The translations under genes were made by a program, and so were the position numbers. The notes beneath the pieces are model-generated. The model searched no databases. It saw nothing but the letters and a program-made list of their open reading frames with translations, and was not told the DNA's origin. Below, in pieces: positions 1-10,417 of a stretch of DNA of 64,000 bases (positions within the stretch are counted from its first letter, which is position 1; each line of letters opens with the position of its first letter). This DNA is from an uncultured Candidatus Saccharibacteria bacterium (lineage in GTDB: Bacteria; Patescibacteriota; Saccharimonadia; Saccharimonadales; 2-12-FULL-41-12), in assembly GCA_964648105.1 (NCBI GenBank), contig CAZYMH010000003.1, forward strand, positions 22,164 to 86,163, read 5' to 3'.

Positions 1-2
1 CT

Positions 3-1190
3 GTGCTACTTAATCAAGATGTCGGTAGAGCAGATGGAAAAAAGCCTCAAAGTGTTGTGATCTATTATCCTATTTATGCCTCATCAGTTAAAGATGATGT
101 CGCCACAGTTGACCAGAGAAGAGCAAGTTTAATCGGCTATACTTATGCCATTGCCAGAATCGACGATATTATTGCCAATCTGAAAGGACTAGAATCATCG
201 ACAGAATATAAAATTACTGATATTACTTCGAGCCAACCAGAAATTATCAAAAATTATAATTTTCCTGATTCCTTAAATTCGAGTTCTAATGACGTTGGTT
301 CAGAGGTGATTAATATTGCGGGTCGGAAGTGGCAACTTTTGGTCCATGCCAAACTCCAAAATGACAGTATTTTTAATTATCCTGTGGTAGTTTTTATGAC
401 GTCTTTACTGGCCAGCATGACCGTGGCTTGGATGGTGTATATGTACTTGAATCGTCGCTTTAGATTTGTGCGAGAAGTTTACAAAAACGAAGTCGAACAA
501 ACAAAAAATGATCTTTTAGCGTTGGCTTCTCATCAACTGCGAACTCCTGCTACTGGGGTAAGGCAATATATAAATATGCTAATCAATGGCTATTTTGGTA
601 ATTTGACAGATGAACAACTGGCAATTGCTCTTAAAGCCCACTTATCTAATGAACGTCAATTAGAAGTTATCGACCAAATTTTGTATGTCGCCAAAGCCGA
701 TATTGACCAGTTGGCCATGAACTTCGAAGAAATCAACTTAACTAGCTTAACCAAAGACGTGGTTGATACTATGGAAGACACCATCAAACACAAAGAGATG
801 ATAATTAAATTTTCATCAAATCCTAAAGAAATAAAGTGCATAATAGATAAAAAATATATGCGTATGATTATCGAGAATTTACTTAGTAACGCTATCAAAT
901 ATTCTCATCCCAAATCAAAAATTTATATCAAACTCACCAAAAAACATAAACTTATTAAGCTTTCAATTAAAGATAACGGTGTCGGAATTGAAAAAGCTGA
1001 TATTGAGAAATTATTTGTAAAGTTCTCTAGAATACCCAATGCTTTATCAAGAAAAGAAGGCGGCACTGGCTTAGGCTTGTTTTTGGCTAAAAAACTGGCC
1101 GAGGCTCACAGGGGTGATATAGAGGTAATTAGCGAGAATAGCAAAGGCTCAGAATTTATCTTAAGTTTACCGACAAAATTTTCTAAGTAA
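3..1190 (+). CDS. sensor histidine kinase (5'-truncated at window edge)
   Basis: H-box HQLRTPATGV, HATPase_c G-boxes (GGTGLGLFLAKKLAEAHRGDI); the ORF runs off the window start. Confidence 0.8.
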   Translation: MLLNQDVGRADGKKPQSVVIYYPIYASSVKDDVATVDQRRASLIGYTYAIARIDDIIANLKGLESSTEYKITDITSSQPEIIKNYNFPDSLNSSSNDVGSEVINIAGRKWQLLVHAKLQNDSIFNYPVVVFMTSLLASMTVAWMVYMYLNRRFRFVREVYKNEVEQTKNDLLALASHQLRTPATGVRQYINMLINGYFGNLTDEQLAIALKAHLSNERQLEVIDQILYVAKADIDQLAMNFEEINLTSLTKDVVDTMEDTIKHKEMIIKFSSNPKEIKCIIDKKYMRMIIENLLSNAIKYSHPKSKIYIKLTKKHKLIKLSIKDNGVGIEKADIEKLFVKFSRIPNALSRKEGGTGLGLFLAKKLAEAHRGDIEVISENSKGSEFILSLPTKFSK

Positions 1191-1313
1191 TAATCTGTAT
1201 TGCAGCTAACAGAAATACTCAATGCTATTTACTTAGAATATTAGATATAAATTTGAGCAATAATTTAACTAATAACTTTTATTAATTTAATATCAGAAAG
1301 GCAAATAACTAGA

Positions 1314-1703
1314 TTGAAAGAAGCAAAAAAGATTTTACTAGTTGAAGATGATCCAACCTTGAGTGACGCATTTAGCATCTTACTCGAGAAGGAAGGCTAC
1401 GAAATCGAAAATGCCTTCGATGGTAAAGAAGCTTTAGATGTATTAAATGATTTTGAACCAGATATTATTTTGCTCGATTTACTGATGCCTGTCATGGATG
1501 GTCGAGAATTTTTGAAAGCTTTTAAAAACTACAATCAAGTGCCAATAATTGTATTTAGTAATTTAGATAGCAAAGATGAAATCAACGAAGTACTTTCACT
1601 CGGAGCTACAAGATATATGCTCAAAGCTTGGGCTTCCCCAAAAGAATTAGTGCGAATTATTAACGACACGATTAGAGAAGCTCAACTAGTCAATAACTCT
1701 TAA
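1314..1703 (+). CDS. single-domain response regulator (CheY-like receiver)
   Basis: LLVEDDP ... IILLDLLMPVMDG ... KAW receiver signature; 129 aa with no output domain. Confidence 0.8.
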   Translation: MKEAKKILLVEDDPTLSDAFSILLEKEGYEIENAFDGKEALDVLNDFEPDIILLDLLMPVMDGREFLKAFKNYNQVPIIVFSNLDSKDEINEVLSLGATRYMLKAWASPKELVRIINDTIREAQLVNNS

Positions 1704-2338
1704 AGCTGAAGAGATTGACCAATATCATCACCGAAGATAGTAGTTATAGCTACCGTATCAACTAGATAAAACTTATTTTTTTCGATAATTACTTCTTGTT
1801 TTTTTAGTTTGTTAAGTTCTAAGCTAGCTGTTTCTCTAGAAATATTTGCTAAATTAGCTAGAGTTTGTTGAGTTAGCTTAATTTTGATTCGCTTATATTT
1901 TTTGATTGGCATATCTTCACCAAAACGAATTACCAAATAGCGTAGTGTGTGAGCTAATTTTTCGTATGCCGAGGGTTGAACTAGGGCATTTATATGCAAT
2001 AAAGCTCCTAGATATTTAGTGTGATGCTCGTCAAGCATGGTTTGACCAGTTCGCATTTTTATGTATTCATCAGGGAACAGCAGTTCGCTTTCGGTCTCGT
2101 CCATTGTTTCGTGATAAAAATACGAAAATATATTATCCTGACGACTAATTACAGGGAAGTAATCGTTCGGTCCAAATAGTGCAACAATTGCCTCATTGCC
2201 ATTTTCGAGTGTTGTGTAACACTTCACAAGACCAGATTTTATTTTATAAATGTTAGTCGTTGCTTCACCTTGGTATAAAACAATCTGATTTTTGCGGAAT
2301 TTTTTTAATCTACCCATTACTGTCCTTAGTTTATACAA
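1700..2338 (-). CDS. Crp/Fnr-family transcriptional regulator
   Basis: N-terminal cNMP-binding-like beta-roll and C-terminal Crp-type HTH (QQTLANLANISRETASLELNKL); its stop codon overlaps the convergent receiver gene in TTAA. Confidence 0.6.
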   Translation of the reverse strand: MYKLRTVMGRLKKFRKNQIVLYQGEATTNIYKIKSGLVKCYTTLENGNEAIVALFGPNDYFPVISRQDNIFSYFYHETMDETESELLFPDEYIKMRTGQTMLDEHHTKYLGALLHINALVQPSAYEKLAHTLRYLVIRFGEDMPIKKYKRIKIKLTQQTLANLANISRETASLELNKLKKQEVIIEKNKFYLVDTVAITTIFGDDIGQSLQL

Positions 2339-2350
2339 TAAACTAATTAT

Positions 2351-2980
2351 TTAAAAATTTCGCTGACTTATTTTTTTGAAATCATAAAAAATCAATATAA
2401 TTAGCACTCCAAAAACAGCACCAAAAATTCGCTGAACAATTCCATTAATTGGACCATGACCATAATCATATAAATGATACAGACCACTTCCAGCCAAAAT
2501 TATGAATATAAAAGCGAATATTTTGTTATAGCTAAGTGAATTTTTATAGATATAGTAACTAAGCCAAATCATTATAAGAGCAACTACTACGCTCTCTAGT
2601 CCATGCAAAATATTTAGGATATTTTGGAATGCAGATCCACCACAAGTTATTTGGCTTTTTATGCAATCGTTTATGACTATTCCGTCGAAAACAGTCATTA
2701 CACCAACGATTTGAACCGCTTTCTTGACTAGCTTATCGGCCGACTTTTTTATATTAAATAGTTGGTCAGAGAAGTGAACGATCAAATACAAAAATAGCCC
2801 TGAGAGAACTTCTAATAGCCTGAAAAGCCAGTTATATGGAGCCTTCGACACAAATAAATCGCTAATATAATCGTGGACAGAGGAGTGATAAGGATTTAAC
2901 CAATAGGCCAATACCCAATAAAAGCTAACAATGAAATATGAAATTAGTAAATAACTTATTAATTTACTATTATTTTTCAT
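2351..2980 (-). CDS. hypothetical polytopic membrane protein
   Basis: several hydrophobic helices and no recognisable motif; 4-bp overlap with the upstream gene. Confidence 0.4.
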   Translation of the reverse strand: MKNNSKLISYLLISYFIVSFYWVLAYWLNPYHSSVHDYISDLFVSKAPYNWLFRLLEVLSGLFLYLIVHFSDQLFNIKKSADKLVKKAVQIVGVMTVFDGIVINDCIKSQITCGGSAFQNILNILHGLESVVVALIMIWLSYYIYKNSLSYNKIFAFIFIILAGSGLYHLYDYGHGPINGIVQRIFGAVFGVLIILIFYDFKKISQRNF

Positions 2981-4620
2981 AATTTTTGACTATCGACTTT
3001 CATGGCGGCGTTCAAACTTTGAGCAACTTTAACTATGCCGATTGTAGTTGATTTGTAAGCGATATAGCTATCTCTCCAATCTGGATCGAATTTAGATTTG
3101 AACCGATACAAACCTTTAAATGAATAAATTTTTCCACCAAAATTATAAACCAAATTTAAAGCTTTACTGAGTGCATTACTGTCATCTTCATCGCTCATAC
3201 CAACGAGTGGGCATAAACCTAAGTTAAACCGTTTGTAACCACGTAAGTGTAATTCTAAAATTAAACAATACATCATATAGTCAGTAGTATTAGTTAATGA
3301 ATTTTCTCGCTGTCGGAATAAATCCATATTTGCTTCGTCAGCCTCAAAACTTTCAATTAGATTAACAAAACCTACTATATGGTTTTCTTCATTTCTTAGC
3401 ACTCCAATTTCACAATTATTCAAATAATCTTTATCAAAGTACCCCAGTACAAAGCCTCGTTCTGTTCTACCTGGTGATGCTAACCAATCGTCCGAAATAC
3501 GTTTAAGTTCGTCTAAAAGAGTCGAGCTATGGGGCGGCAGACGCATTTCGAAGTTATAGCCTTGTTTAATGAATCGATTTTTAACATTTCGCCAATTTTT
3601 ACTTTTGGCGGTTTGCTCAGAAAATTTAGAAGTATCCACAACCGCTTCTTCACCGATCTTTTGCAAATTAAATCCGTGCTTGTGAAATAAATCTTTGAAT
3701 CTATCTGTTATATGAATAAAACTCGGTGTAAATGCGTGTTTATGGCAAAAATTGATATAATTATTAACTACATTGTCAAAGTCATTGGCATCGCCAATTG
3801 GCCCACCGACAGCCAATGCCGTTCCCCTGAAAACTTTATAGGCAATAAAAGCGGTGTCATTATCGCTGTAAATATAATCTTTATCCTCTGGCCAAAATTT
3901 GAAAAAATCTTCGCTTGAACCGCCATATTTTTCGGCAATATCTCTGGCTTTGTCGATTTTAAATTCATCTTTTTGGTAGCGATAAGCCAGTGGTTTGAGC
4001 ATAGTCCAAGCTGCCATGGTTAGGCTTCCCAGGCCAAGCGTCTGCAGACTCAAGACAAAAGTCCTTGCTGCACGTGAATGGTTATGAGTTATGATTGGAC
4101 GATCGTTGGTAAAGCTAATAACTCTGATAGTCTCAGCTACTGCATCTTTTACGCTTAGTCCGAGGTTATGATTAAGACCATTAAATTGCAAAAAACCTAA
4201 CGTCCCGTAAATGATCGCTAATAATACCAGTCCAATACTAATTCCTAAGCTACTTAGCACTTTAGGTTTTTCTGACTGGGCCTTAAATTCGTTTTTACTG
4301 ATAAACACTAAGCAGGTTAAAGCCACTAAAAATACCAAGCTAAAAAACTGGTTATATTTTATGGCGAAAATTATTTCGCTTAAAATTGCAAAAGCTAACA
4401 AAGCTACGGTTATTAGCCAAGCTCGATATAATTTTTTGTATAAGCTAAGTGATAAATAAATTAATCCCAGGCCAATTAAGGCGTAGTGTACTGGTAAGCC
4501 AATCACTAACGACAATTCTTTTTCTTTGATGCTAGCAATAACAAAGTATAGATATCCAAGCCCAGTCAAAAAAACCAAGCTAGCAATCAGATAGACTAGT
4601 GAGCCTCTTTTTAGTGACAT
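2977..4620 (-). CDS. MprF-like aminoacyl-phosphatidylglycerol synthase (DUF2156/LPG synthase C-terminal domain)
   Basis: N-terminal TM helices plus a C-terminal domain with the conserved GFVLGYFD ... YKRFNLGLCPL ... FKSKFDP block typical of the lysyl/alanyl-PG synthase catalytic domain. Confidence 0.6.
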   Translation of the reverse strand: MSLKRGSLVYLIASLVFLTGLGYLYFVIASIKEKELSLVIGLPVHYALIGLGLIYLSLSLYKKLYRAWLITVALLAFAILSEIIFAIKYNQFFSLVFLVALTCLVFISKNEFKAQSEKPKVLSSLGISIGLVLLAIIYGTLGFLQFNGLNHNLGLSVKDAVAETIRVISFTNDRPIITHNHSRAARTFVLSLQTLGLGSLTMAAWTMLKPLAYRYQKDEFKIDKARDIAEKYGGSSEDFFKFWPEDKDYIYSDNDTAFIAYKVFRGTALAVGGPIGDANDFDNVVNNYINFCHKHAFTPSFIHITDRFKDLFHKHGFNLQKIGEEAVVDTSKFSEQTAKSKNWRNVKNRFIKQGYNFEMRLPPHSSTLLDELKRISDDWLASPGRTERGFVLGYFDKDYLNNCEIGVLRNEENHIVGFVNLIESFEADEANMDLFRQRENSLTNTTDYMMYCLILELHLRGYKRFNLGLCPLVGMSDEDDSNALSKALNLVYNFGGKIYSFKGLYRFKSKFDPDWRDSYIAYKSTTIGIVKVAQSLNAAMKVDSQKL

Positions 4621-4626
4621 ACGAGT

Positions 4627-4896
4627 TTAATTTTTATTAGAATCAATGCTCGAATATTCAGTTTGGTCGGATTTAACAGTATCTTTTGAGGAGTTTTTGT
4701 TGGCAACTGAGCTTTCGAATGAGTTTGTCCCGACTGCCATTCCAAATACAACTGCTCCTAAAAATACTAATATTCCACCAATCCAAAATGGTGTTTTTGA
4801 GGGAGTATCGCTAGCTAGATATGCTCCAAGTAACATACCAATACCGATACAAACGGCTACTGTAGCTAACCAATTATATAATGATGATTTTTTCAT
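4627..4896 (-). CDS. small membrane protein
   Basis: 89 aa with two predicted TM helices. Confidence 0.3.
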   Translation of the reverse strand: MKKSSLYNWLATVAVCIGIGMLLGAYLASDTPSKTPFWIGGILVFLGAVVFGMAVGTNSFESSVANKNSSKDTVKSDQTEYSSIDSNKN

Positions 4897-4959
4897 ACTT
4901 TAACTTTATCATATTTTGCAAGTAGATAAGTTATAATTAGATATAAACTAGGAGGTTTT

Positions 4960-5520
4960 ATGGATATCAAATCAGAGATCAAAAAATATTTAGACAGTAA
5001 CGCCATCAGTCAAATAAGTTCGCAGGCCGATACATCTACCAGTGAAACGAAAAGTGTGATTGATTCAGCTTTACCGATGATTTTAGGTGGTTTAGCTAAA
5101 GAATCAGATCAGCAGGCTTTAGGAAATACGCTTGATCAAAAACACGATGGTTCAATTCTCGACAATATTGTTGAGGCCATCACTAATTCAAATACTCAAA
5201 CTGATGGCAATAAAATTTTAGGCCATATATTTGGCAATCAAGACCAGCAAGTCGCTCAAGTAGTTAGTAAAAAAACAGGGGTAGATTCGGCGAAAATCAT
5301 GATGATATTAGCAATTTTAGCCCCGATTGTACTCGGTAAACTTGGTAAAACTAAATCAGATAACAAATTAGACTCTGGCGGATTAATGGATATCCTAAAA
5401 AATCAAAAAATAGGCAAGAGTGATAGCTCGATTTTAGGTAGTATTTTGGATAAAAATAAAGATGGTAGTGTGCTTGATGACCTTATCAATATCGGCGGTA
5501 ATTTGCTTCGTAAAAAATAA
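4960..5520 (+). CDS. DUF937-like protein
   Basis: repeated DGS(I/V)LD(N/D)(I/L) motifs, SALPMILGGL and ILAILAPIVLGKLGK segments characteristic of the DUF937 family. Confidence 0.5.
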   Translation: MDIKSEIKKYLDSNAISQISSQADTSTSETKSVIDSALPMILGGLAKESDQQALGNTLDQKHDGSILDNIVEAITNSNTQTDGNKILGHIFGNQDQQVAQVVSKKTGVDSAKIMMILAILAPIVLGKLGKTKSDNKLDSGGLMDILKNQKIGKSDSSILGSILDKNKDGSVLDDLINIGGNLLRKK

Positions 5521-6342
5521 TTATTTGTTTCGATAAGATCTTAGTAGATTATCGATCAGATATTTCAGATTTGTTTCTGATAGAGCCATTATCATTAACA
5601 TCGTAAAAATTACTCCTATAGCTGCTAAAAGCTGGAAACTATAAAACATAATTGGATACATCAATACAATTGCCATTTGCGAAGAACCTCTCAGAATATG
5701 AGCAGCTGTGTCAACTTTCTTAAAAATTAAATTTCCTAGACCCAGTAAAATTAATAGCCCGTAAATAATCGCCGAGATACTACCAACGGCTATCATACTT
5801 GTGACGCGATTTTGAAGGGCAGAATAATCAGCCAGATTTTCTAATATATAAACAACCAAACCAACTTGTACCGATGACCAAAAAATAATAAAAATTCTGA
5901 CTAGTAATGGTCTTGGCCATTCGGCGGGCGATAAGAACCTTTGGTCACTACCATGGATAAGAATAAGGCGTGACACGAACCATACGGCCAAAAATGTCAT
6001 ATAAATTATTGTGAAAGTCGGTTCGTAAAAATAATCATTATCGCGTGTAATAAATTTTCCAGTCTCATCGATAAACAAACCAAACCCGATGCCTCCTAAA
6101 ACAGCACTAAAAAATTTATTTGGCTTACTACTAAGCAATAATACGAGTAGAGCAAAAGATAAAAAAAGGCCACCAAACAAAACATGGGCCACATGTAAGT
6201 GATTATTACCAAGTTGCGGATAGCCTGTTATTTCTAAATAAGTTCGGGTTAATAAAACCGTCAAAACTCCACTCAAAACAAAACTATCGAGTAAATCAAC
6301 TTTATTCTTAAAAAGTAAGTTAGGTTTGTCGGGTGTTTTCAT
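5521..6342 (-). CDS. hypothetical integral membrane protein
   Basis: multiple TM helices, no motif recognised. Confidence 0.4.
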   Translation of the reverse strand: MKTPDKPNLLFKNKVDLLDSFVLSGVLTVLLTRTYLEITGYPQLGNNHLHVAHVLFGGLFLSFALLVLLLSSKPNKFFSAVLGGIGFGLFIDETGKFITRDNDYFYEPTFTIIYMTFLAVWFVSRLILIHGSDQRFLSPAEWPRPLLVRIFIIFWSSVQVGLVVYILENLADYSALQNRVTSMIAVGSISAIIYGLLILLGLGNLIFKKVDTAAHILRGSSQMAIVLMYPIMFYSFQLLAAIGVIFTMLMIMALSETNLKYLIDNLLRSYRNK

Positions 6343-6506
6343 CAGCTAATACCATAATTATATCTTAAAGATAGATGTATTTGACACTTCTTTTTAAATA
6401 TTACAGGCAAATAATTATTATCTTATGAGCTTAACGACTATGAACATATTATTAAAAATGATAAAATTAAAGTGTTAAAGCTTTACCTCTTGGAGGAGGG
6501 AGTTAA

Positions 6507-7169
6507 ATGCAAGACATTAACGCATATCCAAATAAGTTGAAAGAATTTTTCAAAAAACATCAACTTATTAAGCTCTCTCCTAAAAAAGTCTTGCTAAAAC
6601 CAGGACGAAGACTAGATTATATATATTTCATCAAAGATGGTGAAATAAAAAAATACACTCATTCTTACAAAAAAGACGAAATTATCTTACATGTATACAA
6701 AGCAGGTAGTTTTTTGCCTGTCCCTGATAGTTTAGGACTAAAACTGACCAATCACTTTTATTATACGGCTGTTAATGAAGTAAATGCTTACAAAATACCG
6801 ACTAAAAAAGTTGTTAACTTTATCGAGAAAAATCCTGATGTTGCGGTAGTCTTAGCCAAAAAATTGTACTTCGCCCTTGATGAGTTTTTGGTCAGAGCTA
6901 TCACTATGATGGCTGGCAATGCACTCGACAAGGTAGTTTACGAGCTTTACTGCGAACTAAATCATTATCATCAAGGCAAGACAAATAACGTATTGATCAA
7001 TACCAACGAAAAGATTATTGCTTCTAAAACTGGCTTATCTAGAGAAACAGTTAACAGAGTGATCCGCAAACTAAAAGATATTGGTTGCGTCGAAGTGGAC
7101 CGAGGCAGCATGATAATCAAAGATCCTAGCAAACTAAAAAATTGGGTATATAAAGAGATAATTAGATAG
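6507..7169 (+). CDS. Crp/Fnr-family transcriptional regulator (second paralog)
   Basis: effector-binding-like N-terminus and C-terminal HTH (IASKTGLSRETVNRVIRKLKD); RBS GGAGGAGGG upstream. Confidence 0.6.
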   Translation: MQDINAYPNKLKEFFKKHQLIKLSPKKVLLKPGRRLDYIYFIKDGEIKKYTHSYKKDEIILHVYKAGSFLPVPDSLGLKLTNHFYYTAVNEVNAYKIPTKKVVNFIEKNPDVAVVLAKKLYFALDEFLVRAITMMAGNALDKVVYELYCELNHYHQGKTNNVLINTNEKIIASKTGLSRETVNRVIRKLKDIGCVEVDRGSMIIKDPSKLKNWVYKEIIR

Positions 7170-7241
7170 ACTAATCATTTTAGTTAAGATAAAATACTCA
7201 GCATAATAAGTTAAGTTAACAAACTAATTTAAGAGGAATTC

Positions 7242-9959
7242 ATGAAAAAAACCCGTAAAGCCAATAAACCTAAGAACACTTTTTTACAAAACGTCAGCCT
7301 TTATTTCTTTAAACGACCTCGCAAGACTGCACTTTTGTGCCTCGCACTTGTGTTGTTTGGTGTAGCTTGTTATACAACTCTTCTTAAAAAAGAGGGTTTT
7401 CCTGCGATTAATTCGCCATTTGCTCTTGCTCAAGGTACATATTTTATTGATAATGCCGAAAAAGTTGACGCAGATGCTGCTACAAAGTTAAATGAATTTT
7501 TGCTAAAAGATGACAGTGTAAAAACAGTCCAGACTCAAAGTTTTGGCAATTTTTTTACTGGTCAAGTCCAATACAAAGAGGGAACTAACGCCGAGAGTAA
7601 AACTAGTGAACTAAAGTCAAAAATATCAGCCGAAAAAATTCTACCAGACCAAGCCAATATAAAATTTGACCCTTATAAATTCGGCTACACAGAACGGGGT
7701 GATGATTTAGTGATCTCATTTTACTCCAAAAAAACCATCGACCAACAAACTCTAATCTCAAAAGCCAATGAAATGGCCAATCTATTGAAGAGTAAAAATA
7801 TTAATCTAGTAAGTGATGTTTCGATCATTAATCCAGTCGAGGAAGCTACCAATCCCATAAATGGCCAAACTGAAAAAGCAGCAAAATCTTTTGAGCGATT
7901 TGGTAAAAGACAAGATAATCAAAATAATTTTTACGATGCGATTGTGATAGGTGTTAAATCGGTACCCAAAGCCGATAATTTGGAGTTGTATGACAATGTA
8001 AATAAAGCACTCGGTGAAGTCAAAAGTGATTCAAAATTCAATGATTTCGGGGCCGAAATTAGTGCTTCAAATTCGCCAGGTATCAAGACTCAACTTAGTG
8101 AGCTACAGCGTACATTGCTTGAAGGATTGATAGTTGTATTGATTGTGGGTGCGATAGTTATTGCCGTGCGAGCATCTTTAATCACCGTAATTTCGATGGT
8201 AACTGTACTTGCTATAACTAATGGCGTTTTGTACTTAAGCGGCAATTCACTTAACACTATTACGCTTTTCTCGTTAATTTTGGCACTGTCGTTGATAGTT
8301 GACGACACCATCATCATGGTAGAGGCTATTGTCGCACAAAGAAAAAGGCATAAAGATCCAAATACAGTTATCTCCAATGCAACACGCAAAGTAAGTCGAG
8401 CGATGATCGCCGCCACTTCTACAGCTGCACTTAGCTTTACACCTCTGATATTTGTCAAAGGCATCCTAGGCGATTTTATTAGGGCTATACCGATCACTAT
8501 AATTTCGGCTCTTTTGGTAAGTTTGGTGGTAGCACTAATATTTATTCCATTTTTTGCTCGACTGATTTTATTTAGAAAAGGCAGCAATCCCAAACAAACC
8601 AATGAACATGATTTTTCAGGAAATATCGAGTCAAAAATCGCCGAATTTATTGCTAAGCCGATGCTGTTAGCCAAAAATTCTAAGCCAAAATTAGTAGTTG
8701 TTTGTTTGACTGCTTTTTTGATTAGCTTTGCCTTTATCGGAACGGGTGGCTACTTGTTCAAAAAAGTTAAATTTAACATTTTTCCATCATCAAAAGATTC
8801 AAATCAACTTTACTTAACAGCTTCGTTTGCTCCCAATACAACCCTAGATTCTGCTGAGCAAAAATCTAAAGATATCGAAGCGGTGATATCAAAAGTTATT
8901 AATAACAACTTTGTTTTGGCGGCAAATAACGGCTATAACACTGCCCAAAATGCATCGTATTTTATTGACTTAAATGATTACAAGAACCGAGATGTCACTT
9001 CTCCAGAAATAATCAAACAATTGAATAGTGAACTAGGTAAGCTCGAGGGTGTCCAAATAAAAATTAATCAGGTTGATGCAGGCCCACCAGCCTCAGGCTT
9101 TACAGTTAAAGTTGACACTTCCAAAAACCGCGAAGCGGCAACTAAGCTAGCAACCGATATACAAAAGTATCTGTCAACTCTACAGCTAACTAGAGCTGAT
9201 GGCAGTAAAGCCTCAATTGAATCAGTTAGTCCACCAAACCCTTCGATTTACTCTCGCCAAAACAATAAACCATATATATCCGTCACAGCTCAATACAAAG
9301 ATAGCGACACAACCGCGTTGTTTACTCTGACTCAAGATGCATTAAAGTCAGAGTTTACCCCTGAGAAAGTGGCTAGTTATGGTTTGAAGAAAGATGCCAT
9401 GAGCTTTGATTTGCAGCAAGAAGGCGAAAATCAAGACAGCTTCAAGACATTAGCAATCGCGTTTCCTGTAGTTTTACTGGTCATTTACATTTTATTAGTT
9501 CTTCAATTTAGAAGTTTCCTCCAGCCTGTTTTGATCTTTATGGCTATTCCATTTAGCTTATTTGGTATTACTTTAGGATTATATTTGACCGATAACCCAT
9601 TCAGCTTCTTTGCAATGCTAGGTTTCTTTGCACTCATCGGACTAAGCATCAAAAACACTATTTTGCTTACCGATTATGCCAATCAAGCACGAGCTGCTGG
9701 CATGAGACCTGTTGATGCTATTCATGAGGCTTTAGCCGAGCGTTTCCGACCACTAGTTGCCACCAGCTTAACAGCGGTAGTATCACTAATTCCTTTAGCC
9801 ATTACAAGTCCATTTTGGGAAGGCTTGTCAGTAGTTTTGATTTGCGGATTATTATCTAGTACATTCTTAGTAATAGTTGTGTTCCCATATTACTACTTGG
9901 CAGCAGAATTCCTTAGGATGAGTACCAAAAAACTATTTGTTAGAGCATTCAAGCACTAG
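7242..9959 (+). CDS. RND-superfamily exporter (12-TM, two large extracytoplasmic loops)
   Basis: topology TM1, ~290-aa loop, TM2-6, TM7, ~220-aa loop, TM8-12; conserved RND TM4/TM10-like segments. Confidence 0.65.
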   Translation: MKKTRKANKPKNTFLQNVSLYFFKRPRKTALLCLALVLFGVACYTTLLKKEGFPAINSPFALAQGTYFIDNAEKVDADAATKLNEFLLKDDSVKTVQTQSFGNFFTGQVQYKEGTNAESKTSELKSKISAEKILPDQANIKFDPYKFGYTERGDDLVISFYSKKTIDQQTLISKANEMANLLKSKNINLVSDVSIINPVEEATNPINGQTEKAAKSFERFGKRQDNQNNFYDAIVIGVKSVPKADNLELYDNVNKALGEVKSDSKFNDFGAEISASNSPGIKTQLSELQRTLLEGLIVVLIVGAIVIAVRASLITVISMVTVLAITNGVLYLSGNSLNTITLFSLILALSLIVDDTIIMVEAIVAQRKRHKDPNTVISNATRKVSRAMIAATSTAALSFTPLIFVKGILGDFIRAIPITIISALLVSLVVALIFIPFFARLILFRKGSNPKQTNEHDFSGNIESKIAEFIAKPMLLAKNSKPKLVVVCLTAFLISFAFIGTGGYLFKKVKFNIFPSSKDSNQLYLTASFAPNTTLDSAEQKSKDIEAVISKVINNNFVLAANNGYNTAQNASYFIDLNDYKNRDVTSPEIIKQLNSELGKLEGVQIKINQVDAGPPASGFTVKVDTSKNREAATKLATDIQKYLSTLQLTRADGSKASIESVSPPNPSIYSRQNNKPYISVTAQYKDSDTTALFTLTQDALKSEFTPEKVASYGLKKDAMSFDLQQEGENQDSFKTLAIAFPVVLLVIYILLVLQFRSFLQPVLIFMAIPFSLFGITLGLYLTDNPFSFFAMLGFFALIGLSIKNTILLTDYANQARAAGMRPVDAIHEALAERFRPLVATSLTAVVSLIPLAITSPFWEGLSVVLICGLLSSTFLVIVVFPYYYLAAEFLRMSTKKLFVRAFKH

Positions 9960-9962
9960 AAT

Positions 9963-10406
9963 TTAATTATGATGGTATTTTGAGCCAGATAATATTGTGT
10001 AGGCTCGATATATTTGTTCAGTTAATATCAATCTAACTAATTGATGCGGAAAGACCATGTCCGACAGGCTAATTACCAAATTACTTCTGTTAAAAATACT
10101 ATGATTAACCCCATAAGCTCCGCCAATAACAAAAACTAATTGCTTGAGCGAATTATTTTGGGCCAGCTCAATTGTCTTTGCAAAATCAATACTTGATAAT
10201 TTATTGCCGTTTTCGTCTAACAAAATAACATAATCTTGCTGGTCGATTTGTCGCAAAATATCTGAGGACTCACTGTCGATATGCTTAGTTGTCAAATAAA
10301 CCCACGACAGATTACAAAACTTGTTTAACCTTTTTTGGTAATGATCGATGATAGTTTGAAGTTCTTGAGATGGTTTTTTGCCGACTGATATAACCTTGAT
10401 TTTCAT
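9963..10406 (-). CDS. rlmH: 23S rRNA (pseudouridine1915-N3)-methyltransferase RlmH
   Basis: SPOUT fold, MKIKVISVGKK start, VFVIGGAYG motif, 147 aa. Confidence 0.85.
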   Translation of the reverse strand: MKIKVISVGKKPSQELQTIIDHYQKRLNKFCNLSWVYLTTKHIDSESSDILRQIDQQDYVILLDENGNKLSSIDFAKTIELAQNNSLKQLVFVIGGAYGVNHSIFNRSNLVISLSDMVFPHQLVRLILTEQIYRAYTILSGSKYHHN

Positions 10407-10417
10407 AACTTTTACTT

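Noticed and set aside
8090-8674. Antisense ORFs inside large genes (8090-8674, 10464-10958, 11636-12097, 46277-46594, 31387-31695, 31929-32267, 32488-32691, 19592-19906, 20201-20551 and others)
   Set aside because: They lie wholly inside well-supported genes on the opposite strand, have low-complexity translations and no start context; they are typical shadow ORFs.
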